In this document: piece after piece, positions 56,250 to 64,000 of the stretch
Position numbering within the stretch: the stretch's first letter is position 1
Layout: the number at the start of each line of letters is the position of its first letter
Source of the DNA: the human T2T-CHM13v2.0 reference genome, Homo sapiens
Length of the DNA: 64,000 nucleotides
Strand: one strand, 5' to 3'
NCBI RefSeq assembly: GCF_009914755.1
Contig: NC_060929.1
Notes under the pieces: generated by a model
The model's database searches: none
Told to the model about the DNA's origin: nothing
The model's input: only the letters and a program-made list of their open reading frames with translations
Translations under genes and position numbers: made by a program

Positions 56250-57130
56250 CGAATGCAGGGCCGGCCGCGGGGCCTGGGGACTGTGCCGCTCAGCACCACC
56301 CACAGGGCGTTCCTTGGGGCGTGGCCTGGGCCGGGGCGGTAGGATCCCTTGGACAGGGCCGTGTCTGGCTCACAGGAAGCTGCCCTCATGGAACGGGGTG
56401 CAGTGGGGTGTTCGTGGTCCTGCTGCCGTTGGCTGGGCGCAGCCATCCCTGCCGGCTCCCCCGCGCCTGTGCCCCGGGCCCTACTGCACCTGCACGGGCG
56501 GGGCTCTGGGGCCGGCGCGGGGAGTGAGGCCGCCGGTCTCCTCTGCTGTGGTCGGTGTGGGGGCCGGCGGGGCGCAGAGCTGCTCACCCGGCTGACTCCC
56601 CCTTCTGCCCTGCTGGCCTCTGAGCCGGTTCTCTGGGGCCTCTGTGAGCGCCTTGTGCCCCCCACACCCGCCGTGAGTACCGTGTCTCTCTGCTCAGCCA
56701 GGTGGGCGCCTCTGCTGCTGCTGTTGCCACCGAGTGACTGACTGACGCAGCGACGCAGCCACCGACACCCAAACACTGGAGCGTTTTACCCAAATGTAAA
56801 AGTCTAAACTTCCGGCTTCTCGAACAAAAGAAAACAAAGGAAAACGTCAGACGCCCCGTTGACGCCGGGCGCGCGTGGCCGCGGCCGAGCCGCTCTTCAA
56901 AGCCGGCAGCGTCTGGTCTGGCCTGGCTCCGCCAGCTGCCCGCAGGTCCTGTCCTCGTGGCTTTCTGCCCTGTCCTCCCTGGCCGGCTGCACTGGCTTCT
57001 GTGACGCTCGCTCCTTGCTGCGCAAGTGCAGGTGCAGCACCTTAAAGGCTGAGTGCGTCCCACACAGCGGGGCTGGAGCTCGGCACCTTCAGTCCACCCC
57101 AAACACCGCCCTCCCGCTGTGCACGGCCAC
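56250..57130. promoter_or_regulatory. Intergenic CpG island (candidate promoter or enhancer)
   Basis: High CpG density with no recognised repeat; GC boxes, ACTTCCGG (56809-56816), TGACG/CGTCA half-sites. Confidence 0.6.
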
Positions 57131-57483
57131 TGCTGCCCCTCCTGCACCCCGACACATGGGGAGCTGGTCTGAGCCTGCCCCACCTGCTCTCCTGTGATCT
57201 CCCCTCTGCCACCCCCATCTCGCGCTCCATACCCCTTCCTCAGACCTCCTTGCCTGGGGCTGCTCTCCCCAACTCAGCAGAGCAGGGCTGGCCAGTACTA
57301 AGGACAGGGGCGACCACTGGTCCCCAGAAATCCTGAATCCAGGAAACCCCTCAGTTCGGGGCGGACCGGGATGGCCGACCACCCTGACTAGGGGAGGGCC
57401 GTCAGAAGTCTTTGACCCTGATCTAAGTTCTCTCTGCTTTGCTGAGTCTCTTTCTGTCTCTCTCCTCCTCTCCCTGTCTGAAT

Positions 57484-57616
57484 GTCTGCCTGCCTCTCTC
57501 CCACACACATCTGAGACACAGGTCTCACAGAACCGCCCTTGCCCTTCTGTCTGTCTGTCTGCCTGCCTCTCTCTCACACACACACCTGAGACACAGGTCT
57601 CACAGAACCGCCCTTG
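57484..57616. repeat. Tandem duplication (~60 bp x2)
   Basis: GTCTGCCTGCCTCTCTC..ACACACA.CTGAGACACAGGTCTCACAGAACCGCCCTTG occurs twice. Confidence 0.85.
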
Positions 57617-58659
57617 GCCCTCTCTGCCAGGAGGGTGGTTCTCGGAGGTTCCCATCCTCTGTGGGGATGCTGACAGCTGTGGGTCATGGCTGGTGCCGCG
57701 GTTCTCACTCTTGGCTGCAGAGAGCAGCTGGGGGCTGCAGGTCAGGCCACACCTAGCTCCCCATGGCCCTGGTTCACTTAAGTGACAGGCTGGGGTGAGG
57801 GGAGGAGGAGGCCAGGGTGTGACCGTCGGTTCCATTTCTGCTTTCCCCCAGCTCCCCAAGTCAGGCACCGGCACAGTGGCAGTTGGTTTGTGGGACACCC
57901 ATCTGTCAGTAGGGCATGAGTATCCTTGGCTCTGTCCTGCTGAATCATGGGTCCTGGCTGTGGCGCCAGGGCCAGCTGTGTTTGTGATCTGGTGCATCCT
58001 CAGGAGAAGGAGAGCAGGCGAGGCGCCAGGGAATGTAGGATTTGCTGATGAATTGTGTTTCAAAAAAGGTGGCTTTTTTTCTGTTGTCAGACTTCAGGAA
58101 ACAGGTAGAGGCTGTGACCTTTGGGCCAGTCAAATGAATCTACAGAGATTAAAGGAGGATTGTGGAGTGAAAACCAAAAAAAGCCAAACATAGAGGAATC
58201 CGTTTACCCTTTCAGCCACGTATTTCGCTGTTGCCGAACCTTTATTAAAATGCTTCTCTCAAAGGAAAAATTGTATAGTTTTTTCAGGCTTCAAAAACCC
58301 AGGCCATGTGTCTAAAGGTCACTTGACGAACAGCACAAATCCCATGGTAAAGGGCAGGGTGCGGAGGGGTGAGCCTCCCATCCAGCACCAAAGCGGGCTC
58401 TGAGGGCTTATCCCTCCCAGGGAGTCCAGCACCAAAGCGGGCTCTGCGGGCTCATCCCTCCCAGGGAGCTTGGGTTCTGCACAAACAGTGTCAGAAGAAA
58501 AGACTTCTTCAGACATTTTGAAATTAACATTTCATTTGTATTAAACAGCCCAACCCTCCTTGGAGAGCAAGTACTAAATACAGCATCCACACAGTCAGCC
58601 CTGTAGGGGAATTTGAGATTGGACCAGAATGGCAGACTTGTACATGTCATCCAGGACCT

Positions 58660-59545
58660 TCCACCCATCCATCTGCACATCTATCTATCCCTCCACCTAC
58701 CCATCCACTCATCCATTCCTCCATCCATCTATCCATCCACCCATGCTTCCATGCATCCATCCATCCACACATCCATCTGTCCATCCACCCAAGCATCCAT
58801 CCATCCATGCATCCATCTATCCATCCATTCATCCGTTCATCCATCTATCTATCCATCCCTCCAACCGTCCATAACCTACCCACACATCCATTCACCCATC
58901 TACCCATCCATCCATCCATCCATTCATCCATCCACAAATCCACTTGTCCATCCATCCATCCATCCATAACCTACTCACTCCCCACATCAACCCATCCACC
59001 CACACACCACCTATTCATTCATCCATCCATCACATACCCACCCACCCGTCTATCCATCCATCCATCATCAACCCATCCACTCACCTACCCATTCATCTAT
59101 CCACCCATCCATGCATCTATTCATCCAGCCATCATCTGCCTGCCCATCCATCTAACTATCCATTTATCCATCCACCCAACCGTAATCAACCATCCATCCA
59201 CCCAGCCATCTACACACCCCCTTTCCCTCTCACCCTCCCTCCCTATCTCCCTTTCTTCTTTCTTTTGTCCATCAATACATCCATTCATTTACTCATCCAT
59301 CTATCCAACTATCCACTCATCCATTTATTCATCCAACCATCCACCACTCATCCATTAACCCACCTGTGCATTCATCAATCTATTTATCCCTTTCTCTCTC
59401 TCTCACCCTTTTCTCTCTCTCCTTTCATCCATCCCTCCCTTCTTCTGTCCATCCATCCAGCCTTCCATCTATCCATTCATCCCTTATCTATCCACCCATT
59501 TATCCATCCACCCGCCCCTTCACCCACCCATTCATTCATCCATCT
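58660..59545. repeat. (CCAT)n degenerate simple repeat
   Basis: About 890 bp of TCCA/CCAT tetramers; abuts an L2-like 3' end at ~59545. Confidence 0.95.
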
Positions 59546-59964
59546 GTAAACATATTAAATGCCACTGCCTTCCATGTACCAGGCCTGTTCAAAACACTGG
59601 CAGAAGCGAGTGAGACTAACTCAGTTCCTGCTGGGACAAGAGACAATGGGCCATCTGCCTTCAACAGAACACCTGCTAGGGAAGACCTGGGGAGAATGGG
59701 GGTTTCAAGGAACACTGGCCAAGGGCCAGAACCCAGAAGCTGGAGTGGGAACAGACTTTCAGTGGTGATGTCTATGGGAAGCTGACATGGCATAGGAGCT
59801 AGTGGGTTAAGGTTGGAAAGTTCATGGTGAGAACAGAAAGAAGGTAGTTCCAGATGAGGGAACAAGAGGAAGTACAGGATGGGAAGGAGAGTGAAGCCTG
59901 GGAAGGCATCCCAAGGGCCGGGAATGTCTCAGGTACCCAAAGGCCCAGGCAGGATGGACCTGCT

Positions 59965-60450
59965 TTCTCTAATGCCCTGGGGACGCCCACCACAAACGGG
60001 GCACTTGAAACAACAGAAGTTTATGGTCTCACCGCTCTGGAGGCCAGAAGTTTGAAGTCACAGTGTTGCCAGGGTTGGTTCCTGCTGGAGGCTCTGGGGC
60101 AGCATCTGTTCCATGTGTGTGTCTCCAGCCCCTGGTGATGGCTGGCAGCCCTCTGTGAGTCTTGGTTTGCAGGTGCATCTCTTGATGTCTGCCTCCGTAG
60201 TCACACAGAGGTCCTGTCCTGGTCTCTGTTTCACTGTGTCTCTTTTCCCCTTCCCAGGACACCAGTGGTGTTGGATTCAGGGTCTCAGTGTCTCTCCTCT
60301 CCTCTTATAGAGTCCCTGTCATATTGGATTTAGGGCCCACCCTACTCAGGTATGACCTCGTCTTATCTAATCGCATCTGCAACAACCTTATTTTCACATA
60401 AGGAGTCAGGACTTCAGCCTTCTCAGGGGATACAGTTCGACCTTTCCCAC
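59965..60450 (-). mobile_element. MLT1-type MaLR LTR
   Basis: AAACAACAGAA.TTTAT..TCTCAC.G.TCTGGAGGCCAGAAGT, ATTGGATTTAGGGCCCACCCTA, CATCTGCAA..ACC.TATTT.CA.ATAAGG. Confidence 0.82.
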
Positions 60451-62785
60451 CGCCCCACCAGCCAGTGCCGCAGCTCACGGGCCCTTCCTGCCGTGAGCGT
60501 CCACTCAGTGCTGGCCTTTCTGCTGCTCCCAGTCTCGGCTTTTATGGCCACTGCACACGCCTCTCCATGTGTCTCTGTCAGGCACACAGAGAGAACTGTG
60601 GGGCTTGTGATTGTCTCCCTTAGGCTGGAATCCTGCAGACTCTTGAGTGGAGATTGTTGTGCTCCTGAATCACTGGGACTCACAGGAGAAAACCAGGAGA
60701 GAGCGGGAAACAGGCCAAGGGAAGGGAGAGGCCGGAGCAGACATGGTTTCAGGTGGGGTCCAGTGGTCCTAACGGGGACTCTGGACATATATCAGACTGC
60801 AGGTCAGGATGGGGGCTTTGACCTCAAGGTGGTCAGGGTCTGGCCCTGGGCCACCCTGGCACAGGCTTCAATCCCAGGGGCCCCTGGACGAGGGCCCAGC
60901 TGCCCAAGGCAGGCCCTGGGGGCTCCAGGTGTGAGCTGTTAGGGCGGCAACTGCAGCGGGGGTGGTGGCCACCCCCAAGGGTAAGGGGCATCCTATGTGA
61001 CAATGGGGAGGGTAGGAGCAGCAGTAAGGCTGCAGGCAGGTTCAGCCCTTGTCGTTTTCCTGCCATGGAGTTCACTCACCCACCTGAAAGCTGCGAGTGT
61101 CCTTCCTGTCCACACGCAGCCACACAGGGGCTCAGACTTTCCAAAGCCCAGCTGCTGTGATGGGTGTGCTGCCACATTACGTGGTGGCTGACTGCATTTC
61201 CATGACAACTGGTGAGGTTGGGCCTCTTTTCATAGGTTTGTTGGCCACTTGGGCACTTTCCCTTGCTGGCAGTCATTCAAGGTCTCTGTCCACTTTTCTG
61301 ATGGGGTGTCTGCCTCTTCCCTATGGACTTGTGGAGTTCCTTCTACATTCAGGGTGTAAGTGCCCCTCCCTCACCTGCTCCCTCAGGCACTCCCTGAGTA
61401 AATCACTCGGCACGAGGACCCCGCGTGCACCTGCAGTATGCTGTTCCGGTTGCCTGCAGAGCCTGCAAGCTCGCCAGCGGCCAGCGGGCATGGGGCTGGT
61501 ACCAGATGCCATCCACAGCTCACACGCCAGAGAGGCGGGATCCCACATGTGGCTCCTCACTCCTCCCTGCTCGAGGACTGCCGTGCCTTTGTTTTGGGGC
61601 TGGGGAATGTCCTCAGCTGGTTCTTCCCCCAATGCCCTGATCCTGGGCTCACATGTGACCGGTCCCTGCAGACCCCACACCTCTGAGAAAGGCTTCAGTG
61701 GCATGGGCCTAGGCTGGACCACGACGCACTCAGCAAAGCCCAGCTGTCTCTGTGACCAACGGCCATCTGGGCCGGCCCCTGCTGCCGAGCTGCTGGGACC
61801 ACAGGCAGAGGAGACCCACCTGGCAGAGGAGACCCACCCAGCCCCGGAGCCCACCTCTCCGATTGCTGGGGCTTAATACAGTCGCCCATGAGGCTGTCGG
61901 AGTCCTTCAAGTCTCAGCCCACATAGTGACTTATGGCCACCCACACAGTATCTGCCTGGACCCCAGACCTGAGTGGTCAGCAGGGATCACACCTGGGGGC
62001 TCCAGGTGTGAGCTGTTAGGGCGGCACCTGTAGCAGGCGGGGTGTAGCCACCCCTGAGGGTAAGGGACATCCTATGTGACAATGGGGACGGTGGGAGGCA
62101 CTAGTTAGGCTGCAGGCAGGTTCAGCCCTTGTAGGCAGCCCAGCACTTTTCCTGCCACAGAGTTCACTGACCCAGCTGAAAGGTGCGAGCGTCCTTCCTG
62201 TCCACACGCAGCCACGTGCTACGATGCAGCAGTAGCAGTGTCCCCATGTGCTGCCAGGCACAAAGCCCTCGGTGTGGGGTGTGCCCTCAGGCAGTTCGGG
62301 GCAGGGCTGCAGGTGGGGCTGGCGGGAGTGACGCTTGTCTTATCACAGGTCACTGCCTGGAAGGGGTGCTGCCATCCTATCACAGGTCATGCTGAGGGCA
62401 TTGGCATTTACTCCAAGCACCAGGATAACCCTGGGGTTTCCTTGGGCTGTGGCCTGATCTGTTGGTATCTAGAAGAATCCTTTAGGCCACAGAGCGACGA
62501 AAGATGCTTGGACTGAGGACCAGGACCCACCAAGATCTGGGATGGGGCTTGGAAGAGGCTCTTGGGTTGGGCAGTGGCAGTGGTCAGGCAGTGTGGTTGG
62601 AGTCTGGACATGTGGGGAGCCCACAAGAATGCTGAAAGGCAGGTGAGGGGCTGGGGGAGAGCGGTGCAGGATGGCACGGAGGTCCAGCCTGAGCAAGTGG
62701 GCACGACATAAGGTGCCACAACCTGCCACAGGGGACCCTGCAGGAGTGCAGACGTGGGTGAGGGTCACCACTGCACCCAACACTG

Positions 62786-62971
62786 TGTGGGAGCCCAGGG
62801 AAGGGGAAACAGATCACACCCAGCACACCTGCGTGGGAGCCTGGGGAGGGGGACAGGTCACACCCAGCACACCTGCGTGGGAGCCTGGGGAGGGGGGACA
62901 GGTCACACCCAGCACACCTGCGTGGGAGCCTGGGGAGGGCGACAGGTCACACCCAGCACACCTGCATGGGA
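62786..62971. repeat. 44-bp minisatellite (~4 units) just downstream of SLC6A3
   Basis: Unit GCGTGGGAGCCTGGGGAGGGGGACAGGTCACACCCAGCACACCT. Confidence 0.92.
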
Positions 62972-63191
62972 GCGTAGTGGATGTGTTATCTCTAACGTCT
63001 AGGCTTTAGGGGAGGCCGGAAGGAGAGATGGGCCAAGAGGCATCAGGTGAGGAAGCTTTGCTGTGGGTGGGCTGGGGTGGGGCAGAAGCTGACCTCGGGG
63101 TGTGAGCAGGTGAGCTGGGCCTGTGTAAATGGATGGGGCCCAGCGGAAACGAGACAAGGAGGCTGAGGCAGTTTTTCCATTGTGGATGTCT

Positions 63192-63197
63192 TTTATT
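63192..63197 (-). terminator. SLC6A3: SLC6A3 polyadenylation signal AATAAA
   Basis: TTTATT on the plus strand; minus-strand context CACAATAAAAGACATCCACAATGG. Confidence 0.85.
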
Positions 63198-63273
63198 GTG
63201 CTTAGGGACCCACACGATGCTGAATAGAGATTGGTCAACAGACACGGACAACACCTGGGTTGCTACACGGAGC

Positions 63274-63485
63274 CCCTCCCCAGAAGGCGATGGGGAAGCC
63301 GCTCTCTGTGCTGACTGCAGCAGCCAGAAGGCGATGGGGAAGCTGTCCTCTGTGTCCCTCCCCAGAAGGCAATGGGGAAGCCGCTCTCTGTGCTGACTGC
63401 AGCGGCCAGAAGGCGATGGGGAAGCCGTCCTCTGTGTCCCTCCCCAGAAGGCAATGGGGAAGCCATCCTCTGTGCTAACTGCAGC
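63274..63485. repeat. 82-bp (44+38) tandem repeat in the SLC6A3 3' UTR
   Basis: CCCTCCCC at 63274, 63356 and 63438; core CCAGAAGGC(G/A)ATGGGGAAGC five times. Confidence 0.9.
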
Positions 63486-63958
63486 TGCCTGGCAGTTCAC
63501 AGGCTGACGGCTCCCACCGAGCATTACACTCCAGTCCCTGGAGCCCACGTCCACTTGCAGGGGACAGCCATGACTGGCCCTGCACGGCCCCTGCCCTCGG
63601 GCAGCACGTAGGCAGGCCCACCGACTTGAGGCATGAATTCAAACTATGGCATCCACTTTCCTGTCAGTGGCAGAGGGCAGTGTGCCATGGAAAGCAGCTT
63701 TTGGCCAACATCCTTCACTCAGTATTGCTAATTATTCTTGTAAACAAAAACTGCAATATCAGCAAGCAGGCTCGCGGATACTGCATTCTTGAATTTGTTT
63801 TGATTCACAGGTAAATATGATTTTAAAAAGCCATTCGCAAACATAAAAACTGTTGTTATTGATGTGGCACGCACCTGAGAGAAATAAAATTCCAGTGGGG
63901 TCCCTTCCTGGAGGTCACGGCTCAAGGCCAGGCAGAGTGTGGTCTGCAGGCTGCCTGC

Positions 63959-64000
63959 ATGGGGGCCCTGCATGCGTCCTGGGGTAGTACACGCTCCTGT
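63959..64000 (-). repeat. SLC6A3: Distal unit of the DAT1 40-bp 3' UTR VNTR (truncated by the window)
   Basis: Minus strand AGGAGCGTGTACTACCCCAGGACGCATGCAGGGCCCCCAT matches the known 40-bp unit. Confidence 0.92.

Larger units (their letters stand above)
63175..64000 (-). other. SLC6A3: SLC6A3 (dopamine transporter, DAT1) distal 3' UTR
   Basis: Contains CTTCCTGGAGGTCACGGCTCAAGG (63904-63927), the standard DAT1-VNTR PCR primer sequence, the 40-bp VNTR unit and a minus-strand AATAAA. The 3' cleavage position is approximate. Confidence 0.9.

Noticed and set aside
57089-58063. 324-aa minus-strand ORF
   Set aside because: Non-ATG start, low-complexity and duplicated segments, no recognisable protein family.
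58613-59785. PSIH/IHPS-repeat ORFs
   Set aside because: Translations of (CCAT)n.

Overview
Human (primate) genomic DNA from the chromosome 5p15.33 CLPTM1L-SLC6A3 interval, recognised from the sequence. Bases 221-15224 carry coding exons 1-8 of CLPTM1L on the minus strand. I checked all splice junctions and phases by hand, and the exons are preceded by a CpG-island promoter. The last ~830 bp are the distal 3' UTR of the dopamine transporter gene SLC6A3 (minus strand), with its poly(A) signal and the first unit of the 40-bp DAT1 VNTR. Between the genes lie ~47 kb of repeat-rich DNA: Alus, L1 fragments, MaLR and ERV1 solo LTRs, a decayed ERV1 provirus, and a solo LTR12 that probably drives a lncRNA (LINC01511). 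Almost all ORFs in the supplied track are spurious. I found no convincing new protein-coding system. The most notable structures are: (1) a 2.9-kb intronic minisatellite whose unit is the terminal inverted repeat of an adjacent MER44/Tigger DNA transposon plus its TA target site; (2) a mitochondrial COX2 fossil with non-anthropoid-like residues inserted in the provirus gag; (3) an inverted copy of the provirus 3' LTR-host junction inside the provirus, flanked by a ~52-bp direct duplication; (4) an in-frame uORF and a NAGNAG acceptor in CLPTM1L. Repeat family names come from recalled consensus sequences, not from a database search.
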